Source: Actinomycetota bacterium (GTDB lineage: Bacteria > Actinomycetota > Actinomycetes > Actinomycetales > Microbacteriaceae). Taken from it: a stretch of 64,000 nt of DNA. Location: NCBI GenBank assembly GCA_947450345.1, contig CANFVD010000001.1, positions 15,936 to 79,935 on the forward strand, written 5' to 3'. The notes beneath the pieces are model-generated. The model did not search any database and had not been told where the DNA came from. It saw only the letters and a list, made by a program, of their open reading frames with translations. Below are positions 28,062 through 37,673 of this stretch, one piece after another (position 1 is the stretch's first letter; each line of letters starts with the position of its first letter). The position numbers and the translations under genes are program-made.

Positions 28062-28073
28062 GAACAGAACCTT

Positions 28074-28430
28074 CTAGTTATGATCAGCCAGGCGGGCTGC
28101 CACCATGTCGTGCAGGAGGTCGGCATCGACGTTCCAGTCGACCGGGACTTGGAACGTCCCCTTGCCGAGGGTATAGCCCGCCAGGCGACCGCGAAACGCG
28201 TCAAGAACACCGTCGCCCCAGGGGGCGAGCGTGAGGTGGTTTTTGGCGGCGCTCATGCCAAACACGTAGTCCTTGCCTCTATGAAGCTGAGGCACGTTCC
28301 ACGCGATCTTTACCGTCAGGTCCGGGAATTCACTCGTGATGGCATCGACCACGGTCCGTAGCGTCGCTGCCTTGACGGCATCGAGGCTCGCTAAGTACTC
28401 ATCCAGTGTGGTGAAACGCGGGGCAGGCAC
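28074..28430 (-). CDS. DUF1801 (YdhG-like) domain protein
   Basis: 118 aa. TLDEYLASL...LRTVVDAITSEFPDLTVKIAWNVPQL...GKGTFQVPVDW. Confidence 0.72.
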   Translation of the reverse strand: MPAPRFTTLDEYLASLDAVKAATLRTVVDAITSEFPDLTVKIAWNVPQLHRGKDYVFGMSAAKNHLTLAPWGDGVLDAFRGRLAGYTLGKGTFQVPVDWNVDADLLHDMVAARLADHN

Positions 28431-28463
28431 GCACCCAGCGTAAAGCAGTGGTGAGTGAGTCGC

Positions 28464-29561
28464 CTAGCTGTAGCGGCGGGTCGGCGCATCCCCGGGTTCG
28501 AGCACTCCGAGGTTGGTGAGTTGTTCGATCATGCCGGCACCGTCGTGCGCGTAAACCCAGGGCGCGGTGCCGCGCAGCTCCTTGGCGAGGCCCTTGCGTC
28601 GGCCACCGGCGAGCACGGCCTCGGAGGTCGAGAGCTGGCGAATGGCCACGAAGGCCACGTTGTCGGGGTGGTTCTCCTCGAACTCACCGTAGATGACCTC
28701 GTCGTGTTGGCCGTCGTCACCGACCATGATCCATTTGACGTGGGGAAAATCCTTGGCAATTTTTTCGAGCTGGCGCTTCTTGTGCTCTTGACCCGATCGA
28801 AACAGGCGATCGTGGGTGGGGCCCCAGTCGGTGAGCAGCATGGTGCCTACCGGATAAAGATTGCGGGACAGAAAACGGCGAAGCGTGGGAGCCACGTTCC
28901 ACGCACCCGTGGAGAGGTAGAACACGGGCATGCCGGATTCCAACTGCGACATGCGCGACAAGAACACCGCCATGCCGGGAGTGGGAACGCGGGCGTGCTC
29001 GGTGAGCACAAACGAGTTCCACGCGGCCAAGAACGGTCGGGGCAGTGCCGTCACCATCACGGTGTCGTCGACGTCACAGATGATCCCGCGCGTGGCCGTG
29101 GGCGATGCCACGTTGATGAGCGCATCAACGGGGAGCGAATCTTCTACGGTCAAGTGGGCAACGTGCTCGCCCTGAGGTAGCGCAAAGGCGAGGTGCACAT
29201 CGACCACGCCGCCACGGTCGGCCGTGACCGTCTCGGTGTAGCCGTCGATGCTGATGGTCACTTGGGCGCTGGCAACGGGAACACTGACGAAAGAACGCCA
29301 GCCGCGCACCGACTCGAAGCGGCGCGCAAACTTGCGTGCCCGGCGACTTCCTGGTTTCAGTACCGGTGCAAGCACGACCCGGCACAGCACGCGAATCTCG
29401 GTGGCGGTGCCGTATCCGCGGTACGGCACGATCGTGGGCAGAAGTCCGCGGCGTCGCGCGAGTCGGGCCCGAAGCTTGTGCATTCGGTCTTCAAACCGCG
29501 CGAGCGGATGAATCTTGGGCAGCTGCTGCGTTGCGTGCCGTACCCGTTGCGATGACGCCAT
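28464..29561 (-). CDS. App1-family (DUF2183) putative phosphatidate phosphatase
   Basis: 365 aa. DxDxT-type motif IICDVDDTVMVT, ...MLLTDWGPT..., ...IMVGDDGQHDEVIYGEF. Confidence 0.72.
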   Translation of the reverse strand: MASSQRVRHATQQLPKIHPLARFEDRMHKLRARLARRRGLLPTIVPYRGYGTATEIRVLCRVVLAPVLKPGSRRARKFARRFESVRGWRSFVSVPVASAQVTISIDGYTETVTADRGGVVDVHLAFALPQGEHVAHLTVEDSLPVDALINVASPTATRGIICDVDDTVMVTALPRPFLAAWNSFVLTEHARVPTPGMAVFLSRMSQLESGMPVFYLSTGAWNVAPTLRRFLSRNLYPVGTMLLTDWGPTHDRLFRSGQEHKKRQLEKIAKDFPHVKWIMVGDDGQHDEVIYGEFEENHPDNVAFVAIRQLSTSEAVLAGGRRKGLAKELRGTAPWVYAHDGAGMIEQLTNLGVLEPGDAPTRRYS

Positions 29562-29614
29562 GAGGTCAGTTTCCCACGTTTGTTCGGGCCAATTGTTCGT
29601 CGAGGTCTGCCAAC

Positions 29615-30247
29615 TCAGTTCTCACCGAGTTCCTTTCGAGACAGGCGCTTCTTGGCGAAGTGGGTGATGAGAATAAAGACGACCACGCCGCCAATGAATA
29701 CCCACCCCGCGCCCTTGAAAGTCGTGGCGAAAATTTCGAACTGCCCGGCGAGCAAGTACCCCACGGTGACGTAGAGCAGTGTCCACAGCACGCAGGCCAG
29801 AGCCGTCCATCGAATGAAGACTCGATACCGCATGGTGCTCATGCCACAAACGAGGGGAACAACCGAGTGAAGCACCGGCAGGAACCGACTGACAAAAACC
29901 GCCACGACGCCGCGTTTCGCGAGATATGCCTCGGTCAACGCCCACGTGTTTCCGATAAACCGCTTGCCCAGCTTGCTGTCGCGAATGCGGCGACCAATGG
30001 TGCGGCCTAAGAAAAACCCGAGAGTTTCCCCAGCGAGGGAACCCACCATCACCGCGCCGGCAAGCCAGAAGTATTCACTGACGTTGGAGATACCTGTGGC
30101 GGCAACAAAGACAATCGTGTCGCCCGGGATGACGAGTCCGACGAGCACCGAGGTCTCGCAAAACATTCCGAAGGCGGCAATGAGGGCCCGCAGTGTCGGA
30201 TCGACCTCAGACACCGTGGTGATGAACCACGTGACAATCTCGTTCAC
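29615..30247 (-). CDS. DedA-family (VTT domain) membrane protein
   Basis: 210 aa. ...VGLVIPGDTIVFVAA..., GRTIGRRIRDSKLGKRF, ...VFVSRFLPVLHSVVPLVCG. Confidence 0.85.
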   Translation of the reverse strand: MNEIVTWFITTVSEVDPTLRALIAAFGMFCETSVLVGLVIPGDTIVFVAATGISNVSEYFWLAGAVMVGSLAGETLGFFLGRTIGRRIRDSKLGKRFIGNTWALTEAYLAKRGVVAVFVSRFLPVLHSVVPLVCGMSTMRYRVFIRWTALACVLWTLLYVTVGYLLAGQFEIFATTFKGAGWVFIGGVVVFILITHFAKKRLSRKELGEN

Positions 30248-30248
30248 G

Positions 30249-31022
30249 TTACTGATCCTCTCCTGCGAGAGTGGCGCGACTCCAGTAGCGCTTCTGCCAG
30301 GTGTCGAGACGGTCCTCGTTGACGACGAGGGTTGGTCCGTCTCGCCACTCCGTTACTCCCCGGATACCGTGCAGGGAGTTGAGCGCCCAGAGTTCGGCTC
30401 CGGCCAGCTCGGCGGGGGTGACGGCTTCGTCGCGAATCTCGCATCCGTCCTCCTGCGCCATCTGACGCACAACCGCAACCGTCACACTGTCGATGCGGTC
30501 GACGCTTTCGGTGGGAACTTGCAGCACGTCGCCGCGCCACCAGACGAAACACGTGGTTGCGCCGTCAGCGAGGCGACCGTCGCCATCAAGGATGACCGCC
30601 TCGTCGGCATCCGACTCTCGAGCCCGCTCGCGAAGCTGGGCCAACACCGGAATGTCCGGACCCTTGATCGTCGGCTCGGTGCGGGGGTCGTCGGGTGAGG
30701 TCCAGAGCGTTACCGTGCGGCCCAGCGGCGGAGCGGGTCGCAACCAGAGTTCCAATTCGCCCCGCTCAGTGAGGTCACACCGCGGAAACCACAGGCCCGT
30801 CTCGGGGAAATCCGCATAGGCGGCGTCGAGGAAGGCGGCGGGGGAGTTCACCATGCCCTGAGTGTCGGCATCGCGCAAAAAACGAGCGCGGTGCTGCTCG
30901 AGGGCAACGACGGCTCCGTCGCGCAGGAGAAACGAATCGGCCACAAAAAGCCCGAGCGTAGAACCCTCGACGGCGCGCAGTTCACTTCCGTTCCAGCGGT
31001 ATCGGCCCTCGGTGAGTGTCAC
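30249..31022 (-). CDS. class IV aminotransferase-fold protein, probable 4-amino-4-deoxychorismate lyase
   Basis: 257 aa. ...IKGPDIPVLAQLRERARESDADEAVILDGDGRLADGATTCFVWW..., fold-type IV pattern. Divergent from the pabB-like gene. GTG start. Confidence 0.72.
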   Translation of the reverse strand: MTLTEGRYRWNGSELRAVEGSTLGLFVADSFLLRDGAVVALEQHRARFLRDADTQGMVNSPAAFLDAAYADFPETGLWFPRCDLTERGELELWLRPAPPLGRTVTLWTSPDDPRTEPTIKGPDIPVLAQLRERARESDADEAVILDGDGRLADGATTCFVWWRGDVLQVPTESVDRIDSVTVAVVRQMAQEDGCEIRDEAVTPAELAGAELWALNSLHGIRGVTEWRDGPTLVVNEDRLDTWQKRYWSRATLAGEDQ

Positions 31023-31046
31023 CGCTCTAGGCTAATACGGTGACAC
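31016..31046. repeat. 9-bp perfect inverted repeat enclosing both divergent start codons
   Basis: GTGTCACCG (31016-31024), 13 nt, CGGTGACAC (31038-31046). The minus-strand GTG is at 31020-31022 and the plus-strand GTG at 31040-31042. Confidence 0.7.
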
Positions 31047-32413
31047 AGCCGGCCGTTCGCACGTTCGCGGCGGGATGGTGCGATCCCGAGCTGGTGTTTC
31101 TTGCGCACGTGGGCAACAGTCGCGATACCCGGGCCGACGCGTGGCCCTCTGTGGTGTGGCTGGATGCCGGACCTGATGCGAACGACGGATTCACTTACGT
31201 TGGGCTCGATATCGAGGAGCCGCTCACGCGATGGAGCGACGTGCGGGCCGCCGCAACGGTGGCCAGGCGTGCCGGTGGTGAGCCGCAGGCCACGCGCGAT
31301 GGGCAGTTCGCCCTCGGCTGGGTGGGCTGGTTGCCCTACGACACCGGAGTGCGCTGGCAAGACCCTTCTCGGGCGGAGGTGGCCTCGGGCCGAGAGGCGT
31401 GTTTTTCGCGCGTGAACACCGTGATCGAATTCGACCATGCGCGTCACGAGATGACGGTGGTGACCTGTCTCGGTGACGCGGCCATCGCCCGGGCACTCGA
31501 AACGATCGCGCGTGCGAGCGCGTCCGAAATCACGACGGTCGACTACGACGAGCGAGTTGGCGAGATGACGGGCTCGTGGCGCGACACCGATGACGAGTAC
31601 CTGGCACACATTGACGCGTGCCGTGCCGAGATTGCGTCGGGCAACGCGTATCAACTTTGTCTTACCAACTCCTACCGAGTCGACGCAACCTTCGATATGC
31701 CGAGCGCGCTCGCGGTGTATCGACGCCTCCGGCGCAGTAACCCCAGCCATCACGGCGCGTTCCTGTGTCTCGACGGCACGGCCCTGCTGAGCTCCTCGCC
31801 GGAGATTTTCCTTACGGTGACGGCAGACGGGAGCGCAACCACGAAGCCCATCAAGGGAACGCGTCCGCGCGGGGCGAACGCCGAGGAAGACCGGATGCTT
31901 CGCGATGAACTTGCTCAGAATGTCAAGGAGCGGGCAGAGAACGTGATGATTGTTGACCTCATGCGCAATGACCTCGGTCGAGTCGCTCAGGAGGGCACCA
32001 CCCGCGTCGACTCACTGCTCACCGTGGAGTCCTACGCCAACGTGCACCAACTGGTGAGCACGGTGAGTGTGCAGTTGAAGCCCGACCGCACGGCTCTCGA
32101 TGCCGTGGAGGCGTGCTTCCCCGCGGGCTCGATGACGGGCGCTCCCAAAATCAGCGCGATGCGCATTCTTTCCGACCTCGAGGGCGGTGAGCGCGGCATC
32201 TACTCGGGTGCGTTTGGATACTTCGGCGATGACGGTGCCGCTCAGCTCGCAATGGTCATCCGGTCGCTCGTCATTGACCACACGGGAGTCAGCCTCGGGT
32301 CCGGTGGTGGCATCACCATAGATTCAGACCCGCAGGAGGAGCTCGCCGAAATGCACCTCAAAGCAGCCCCGTTGCTTCGTGCGCTGAACGGCGACGATAC
32401 GCCGGTAATCTAG
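31040..32413 (+). CDS. pabB: aminodeoxychorismate synthase component I (chorismate-binding enzyme family)
   Basis: 457 aa. ...SSSPEIFL..., KPIKGTRPRG, ...AENVMIVDLMRNDLGRV..., FPAGSMTGAPK, GIYSGAFGYF. Confidence 0.85.
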   Translation: MTQPAVRTFAAGWCDPELVFLAHVGNSRDTRADAWPSVVWLDAGPDANDGFTYVGLDIEEPLTRWSDVRAAATVARRAGGEPQATRDGQFALGWVGWLPYDTGVRWQDPSRAEVASGREACFSRVNTVIEFDHARHEMTVVTCLGDAAIARALETIARASASEITTVDYDERVGEMTGSWRDTDDEYLAHIDACRAEIASGNAYQLCLTNSYRVDATFDMPSALAVYRRLRRSNPSHHGAFLCLDGTALLSSSPEIFLTVTADGSATTKPIKGTRPRGANAEEDRMLRDELAQNVKERAENVMIVDLMRNDLGRVAQEGTTRVDSLLTVESYANVHQLVSTVSVQLKPDRTALDAVEACFPAGSMTGAPKISAMRILSDLEGGERGIYSGAFGYFGDDGAAQLAMVIRSLVIDHTGVSLGSGGGITIDSDPQEELAEMHLKAAPLLRALNGDDTPVI

Positions 32414-32419
32414 AGGGCG

Positions 32420-34963
32420 ATGAGTACCGAACAGGCAGGGACGCCCGAGAACGCCGGGGCTGACCCCCGCGACGCCGAAACCTTCGACTTTCGCTCCATT
32501 CAGGAGAAGTGGCTGCCCGTCTGGGATGAGCGCGAACCTTTCCGGGCCGACAGCCCCGCTGATGACCGCCCGCGCAAGTACGTGCTCGACATGTTCCCCT
32601 ACCCCTCGGGTGACCTCCACATGGGTCACGCCGAAGCGTATGCACTCGGCGATGTCATTGCCCGCTACTGGCGTCACCGCGGCTACAACGTGCTGCACCC
32701 CATCGGGTGGGACTCTTTTGGCCTTCCGGCCGAGAACGCGGCAATTAAGCGCAACCTGAATCCCGTCACGTGGACCTACGACAACATCGAGCAGCAGCGC
32801 ACATCGATGCGCCGTTATGCCGCATCCTTCGACTGGTCGCGCGTCATCCACACGTCTGATCCCGAGTATTACAAGTGGAACCAGTGGCTGTTCCTCCAGA
32901 TGTACAAGAAGGGCCTCGCCTACCGCAAGGATTCCTGGGTGAACTGGGATCCGGTCGACCAAACGGTGCTGGCTAACGAACAGGTGATGCCCGACGGCAC
33001 CTCGGAGCGTTCCGGTGCCATCGTCGTCAAGAAGAAGCTCACCCAGTGGTACTTCCGCATTACCGAGTACGCCGACCGCCTTCTCGATGACCTCGACAAG
33101 CTCGAGGGTGCCTGGCCGTCCAAGGTGCTCACCATGCAGCGCAACTGGATTGGCCGCTCGCGCGGCGCCGACGTTGCCTTCGAGATCGAAGGACGCCCTG
33201 AGCCTGTGACGGTGTTCACCACACGCCCCGATACGCTCTGGGGTGCCACATTTATGGTGGTTGCCCCCGATGCCGACCTCGCCAGCGAACTCGTGGCCGA
33301 AGCCGATGCCGACGTGCAGTTGGCCTTCACCGAGTACCTCACGGAGACGCAGAAAGCCACCGAGATCGAGCGGCAGAATGCCGATCGCCCCAAGACAGGA
33401 GTCTTCCTCGGGCGTTACGCCATCAACCCCGTGAATGGCGAGCGCATCCCCGTGTGGGCCGCCGATTACGTTCTGGCCGACTACGGTCACGGCGCCATCA
33501 TGGCGGTACCCGCACACGACCAGCGCGACCTCGACTTTGCGCGCACCTACGACCTGCCGATTCGCGTTGTCGTGGAACAGGCACCTGTCGAGCCCGGTGA
33601 GACCAACGACCCCGCCATCACGGGTAAGGCGCTCGCCGGAGACGGCAAACTCGTCAACTCCGGACCGCTCGACGGTCTGACTAAGGTTGACGCCATCGAG
33701 CGCGCCATCGCCGTGCTGGCGGAGCGTGGAACCGGCGCGGCGGCCACCAACTTCCGCCTGCGCGATTGGCTCATCTCACGCCAGCGCTATTGGGGAACAC
33801 CCATCCCTATCATTCACGCCGAGGACGGCACTGAGATCCCCGTTCCCGAAGACCAGCTTCCCGTGGTCTTGCCGCCCACCGAGGGCCTCAATCTGCAGCC
33901 CAAGGGCTCATCGCCCCTCGGCGCTGCCGAGGACTGGGTGAACGTACCGAGCCCCATCGATGGATCGCCCGCGCGTCGCGACCCCGACACCATGGACACC
34001 TTCGTCGACAGTTCGTGGTATTTCCTGCGCTTCCTGTCCCCGAACGACGACACCCAGGCCTTCGATCCAGCACAGGCCAAGCGCTGGGCGCCCGTAGATC
34101 AGTATGTCGGCGGCGTGACTCACGCCATTCTGCACTTGCTCTACGCCCGCTTCATCACCAAGGTGCTGTTCGACCTCGGGTTGGTCGACTTCGACGAGCC
34201 GTTCACCGCGCTGCTCAACCAGGGCATGGTTCTCATGGACGGTTCGGCCATGAGCAAGTCAAAGGGCAACATCGTCAAGCTGTCGGATCAGCTCGAGGAG
34301 CACGGTATTGACGCCGTGCGTCTCACCATGGCGTTCGCTGGTCCGCCCGAGGATGACATCGACTGGGCCGATGTGTCGCCCGCTGCGAGTAACAAGTTTC
34401 TTGCACGCGCCTGGCGTATGGCTGGCGACGTGACAAGCGCGCCGGGCACTGACCCGGCATCCGGTGATGCGGCCCTGCGCCGTGTGACCCACGCCCTCCT
34501 TGCGGATGCACCGGCACTCGTTGAGTCGTTCAAGTTCAATGTTCTCGTGGCCCGCCTGATGGAACTGGTCAACGTCACGCGCAAGGTGATTGACTCGGGT
34601 GCTGGTGGAGCCGATCCGGCGGTGCGCGAGGCCGCCGAGGTGACCGCCCTGATGCTTGATCTTTACGCGCCGTACACCTCCGAAGAGATGTGGTCGATGC
34701 TCGGCCATGAGCCGTGTGTGTCGCTCGTTGAGTGGCCCGTGGCCGACGCCTCGCTGCTCGTGCACGACTCGGTCACGGCAGTGGTTCAGGTTGATGGCAA
34801 AGTGCGCGATCGCCTTGAGGTGTCTCCCGATATCGCCGACGACGAGTTTGAGCGTCTGGCTCGCGACCTGCCGGGCGTCGTGCGCGCCCTCGAGGGTCGC
34901 GAGATTGTGAACGTCATTGTGCGAGCTCCCAAGCTCGTCAATATCGCGACAAAACCCGCTTAG
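32420..34963 (+). CDS. leuS: leucyl-tRNA synthetase
   Basis: 847 aa. [16 protein letters not shown] (HIGH) and MSKSKGNIV (KMSKS). ATG lies 6 nt after the pabB stop. Confidence 0.96.
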   Translation: MSTEQAGTPENAGADPRDAETFDFRSIQEKWLPVWDEREPFRADSPADDRPRKYVLDMFPYPSGDLHMGHAEAYALGDVIARYWRHRGYNVLHPIGWDSFGLPAENAAIKRNLNPVTWTYDNIEQQRTSMRRYAASFDWSRVIHTSDPEYYKWNQWLFLQMYKKGLAYRKDSWVNWDPVDQTVLANEQVMPDGTSERSGAIVVKKKLTQWYFRITEYADRLLDDLDKLEGAWPSKVLTMQRNWIGRSRGADVAFEIEGRPEPVTVFTTRPDTLWGATFMVVAPDADLASELVAEADADVQLAFTEYLTETQKATEIERQNADRPKTGVFLGRYAINPVNGERIPVWAADYVLADYGHGAIMAVPAHDQRDLDFARTYDLPIRVVVEQAPVEPGETNDPAITGKALAGDGKLVNSGPLDGLTKVDAIERAIAVLAERGTGAAATNFRLRDWLISRQRYWGTPIPIIHAEDGTEIPVPEDQLPVVLPPTEGLNLQPKGSSPLGAAEDWVNVPSPIDGSPARRDPDTMDTFVDSSWYFLRFLSPNDDTQAFDPAQAKRWAPVDQYVGGVTHAILHLLYARFITKVLFDLGLVDFDEPFTALLNQGMVLMDGSAMSKSKGNIVKLSDQLEEHGIDAVRLTMAFAGPPEDDIDWADVSPAASNKFLARAWRMAGDVTSAPGTDPASGDAALRRVTHALLADAPALVESFKFNVLVARLMELVNVTRKVIDSGAGGADPAVREAAEVTALMLDLYAPYTSEEMWSMLGHEPCVSLVEWPVADASLLVHDSVTAVVQVDGKVRDRLEVSPDIADDEFERLARDLPGVVRALEGREIVNVIVRAPKLVNIATKPA

Positions 34964-35066
34964 TCGCAAAGCGGTAACCTCTCGCCCACAGCGCGATGGC
35001 AGCGACCTGTTTCGCAACCGACCGCGCTCCAGCCTCGTTGCCGCTGCCGCTCGGTAACGTCACGCC

Positions 35067-35705
35067 GTGCGTTCTCGTCTGAGTTGGATCATCACATCCG
35101 TCGTTGGCGTTGTCGTGGTCTCGATTGCTGTTGTGACGGCACTGAACGCCGGTTCGTCATCGCGCACGATTCCCGTTGTCGTCCCGACAGCGCTGCTGAG
35201 TACAGGAGAGCCTGGCCTGTCGACGGGCCCCGCCGGTGAGGGGTCATTTTCGTCGTCGACATCGCCGGAGATTTACGTTCACGTCGTGGGCGGTGTGGTG
35301 CGCCCAGGGCTGTACCGCCTCGCGCCGGGTTCGCGCATCATCGATGCCGTCATGGCGGCCGGGGGACTGGCGCCGGATGGTTCGCAGTGTCAGGTCAACT
35401 TGGCTCGGATGGTCACTGACGGCGAGCAGGTCGTGGTGCCGCAGGCTCCGCCCGGCACGCCGTGTCGTTCAGTGCAGGCAGGCGGTGGCTCGTCGGGTGG
35501 GGTGACGGGAAGTGGCCCGGTGAGTCTGTCCACGGCCACACTTGAGCAGCTCGATGCGCTTCCCGGCATTGGTTCGGCCTTGGCGCAACGAATCATCGAT
35601 TACCGGGAAGCGAATGGGGGATTTCGCAGCGTCGATCAATTGAACGAGGTGTCGGGCATCGGATCAAAGGTTTTGGCAAACATTGCTCCGCTCGTTACGC
35701 CGTAG
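35067..35705 (+). CDS. comEA: ComEA-family DNA-binding protein (SLBB plus helix-hairpin-helix)
   Basis: 212 aa. N-terminal TM. ...VHVVGGVVRPGLYRL..GSRIIDAV..AGG... C-terminal LDALPGIGSALAQRIIDYREANGGFRSVDQLNEVSGIG. Confidence 0.82.
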   Translation: MRSRLSWIITSVVGVVVVSIAVVTALNAGSSSRTIPVVVPTALLSTGEPGLSTGPAGEGSFSSSTSPEIYVHVVGGVVRPGLYRLAPGSRIIDAVMAAGGLAPDGSQCQVNLARMVTDGEQVVVPQAPPGTPCRSVQAGGGSSGGVTGSGPVSLSTATLEQLDALPGIGSALAQRIIDYREANGGFRSVDQLNEVSGIGSKVLANIAPLVTP

Positions 35706-37632
35706 GGGTATCGACCTGCGCCTGGCCCTCGTGGCGGCCGTGGTGTGGGCACTTCAACTTGTCATCACGTTGTCGACGCGCAACGACAACACCTCCGAAC
35801 GTGCCGAATCGATGGCACCGCCCGAGTGGCAACAGTCGTTCGCCGAGGTGGTGCGCGGACTCCCCGGTGATGGCGGCGCCCTCGTGCCGGGTCTGACGCT
35901 GGGGGACACCTCGATGGTTAGCCACGGGTTGTCCAGTGCGATGCGCGTGGCCTCACTCACGCACCTCACGGCCGTCTCGGGGGCGAACTGCGCCATCGTC
36001 ACAGTGAGCGTGATGGCGTTGGCCGCCCTGCTGGGCGCACCGCGCTGGACGCGGGTGTTGGCTGGCCTCATCGCTCTCGTGGGTTTCGTCATGGTGGTGG
36101 GACTCCAACCGAGCGTCGTTCGAGCCGCGGTCATGGCAGCTGTCGTTCTCCTTTCGGTGGCTTCGGGGCGTCCGGGCGCGGGCATCCCCGTGGTGTCGTT
36201 TGCGGTGTGCGTCTTGCTGCTCATCTTTCCCGCCTGGTCTGTGTCGCCGGGGTTCACGCTGTCGGTCGCTGCGACTGTGGCCATCCTGACCCTTGCGCCC
36301 GTGTTGGCACGCCGGTTCGTGGAATGGGCTGAGGCGTTGTTCGAACGGTGGTCGGCGCAGCGCTGGTTTATGAAAACGTCGCCAACCAAGCGTCGAAACG
36401 CGGCCCTCGTCCTCGCGGTTCCCGTCTCCACACAATTGGTGTGCCAACCGCTCATCGTTCTTTTTGCCCCGGTGTGGCCCACCTACGGTGTGATCGCCAA
36501 CATGCTCGCCGAGCCGGCGGCTCCGCTCGCCACGATTATCGGAATGCTGGCTTTCGTTGTGGCGCCCGTTGCGCCGTGGCTCGCGCACGCGCTTGCGTGG
36601 GTGGGGTGGGTCCCCGCCGCGTGGATTGCCGCGGTGGCCACCACTGTGGCGCGATTACCGCTGGCGAGCCTGCCGTGGCTCGACGGACTCAGCGGTGTCG
36701 CCTGCATGGCGGCGGCGAGTGTTTTTCTGTGTCTCGTGATTTTGGCCCGCCGGAGACCATTTCGGACGGCGGGGGCGGTCGGCACAGCATTTACGCTCGG
36801 GCTGTCCCTCGTTGTGGGGCTGACACATTCCGTGGGCGTCCTCGTGACGCGCCCCGCCGACTGGCGGATCGCCATGTGCGATGTGGGTCAGGGGGATGCG
36901 TTTGTCGTGCGCGGATTCGACCAAGGTGGCGCGCCGCACCAGATTCTCGTGGACACGGGTCGACATCCCGAGTTGGTCGACGCGTGCCTGCGCGAACTGG
37001 ACATCTCCACGCTGGACGTCGTGATGTTGACCCACTTCGACATGGATCACGCGGGCGGGATTGAGGCGCTCTACGGTCACACATCGAGAGCCGTAATCTC
37101 GGCTCCCCAGCGCGCGGGCGATGTCTGGGTCGTTGGCGACATGATCTCCCACGGCATCAAGGTGTCACGTGCGACGGCGGGGCAGCATCTCTCCCTCGGC
37201 GACACGGAATGTACGATCCTGTGGCCGGCGCCCGGTCATCCCAGCATGCAGGGTGGCAACCCCGGCAGCATCGCACTCAGCGTTGTGGCACCGGGTTTCA
37301 CGGCTCTTTTTCTGGCCGACCTCGGGGAGGAAGCGCAAAACGCGCTTCTCGCAGATCATCCCGGTCTGGGACGTGTCGACATCGTCAAGGTGGCGCACCA
37401 CGGATCGGCAGATCAGTCGTCTCGGCTCATGGCGGTATTGCATCCCCGGTTGGCTTTGCTGTCCGTCGGGCGCGACAACGGCTACGGGCATCCCACACAC
37501 AAGACACTGGACCTGATTGAGAGTGTGGGGGCCCGCAGCGAACGAACCGATCTATCGGGCATGGTTTTGATCTCTGCCTCTCTCGGCGACCTGCGCGTGT
37601 GGAGAGCGAGCGGTGGGGGTGGGTCTGGCTAG
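35683..37632 (+). CDS. comEC: ComEC/Rec2 DNA internalization channel with C-terminal metallo-beta-lactamase domain
   Basis: 649 aa. Competence domain ...SLTHLTAVSGANCAIV... with many TM helices. MBL motif ...MCDVGQGDAFVV...LTHFDMDHAGG...VAHHGS. Start uncertain (TTG 35683 overlaps the comEA end). Confidence 0.85.
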   Translation: MLRSLRRRGIDLRLALVAAVVWALQLVITLSTRNDNTSERAESMAPPEWQQSFAEVVRGLPGDGGALVPGLTLGDTSMVSHGLSSAMRVASLTHLTAVSGANCAIVTVSVMALAALLGAPRWTRVLAGLIALVGFVMVVGLQPSVVRAAVMAAVVLLSVASGRPGAGIPVVSFAVCVLLLIFPAWSVSPGFTLSVAATVAILTLAPVLARRFVEWAEALFERWSAQRWFMKTSPTKRRNAALVLAVPVSTQLVCQPLIVLFAPVWPTYGVIANMLAEPAAPLATIIGMLAFVVAPVAPWLAHALAWVGWVPAAWIAAVATTVARLPLASLPWLDGLSGVACMAAASVFLCLVILARRRPFRTAGAVGTAFTLGLSLVVGLTHSVGVLVTRPADWRIAMCDVGQGDAFVVRGFDQGGAPHQILVDTGRHPELVDACLRELDISTLDVVMLTHFDMDHAGGIEALYGHTSRAVISAPQRAGDVWVVGDMISHGIKVSRATAGQHLSLGDTECTILWPAPGHPSMQGGNPGSIALSVVAPGFTALFLADLGEEAQNALLADHPGLGRVDIVKVAHHGSADQSSRLMAVLHPRLALLSVGRDNGYGHPTHKTLDLIESVGARSERTDLSGMVLISASLGDLRVWRASGGGGSG

Positions 37633-37673
37633 GCTAAACACGGCAGAGTCCACCACCGGCTAAGGAATCTTTC

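Noticed and set aside
28455-29180. 241-aa plus-strand ORF in the accessory region.
   Set aside because: It is fully antisense to the App1-like gene, which carries the DxDxT and GDDGQHD motifs. The product is Gly/Arg/His/Val-rich with no motifs.
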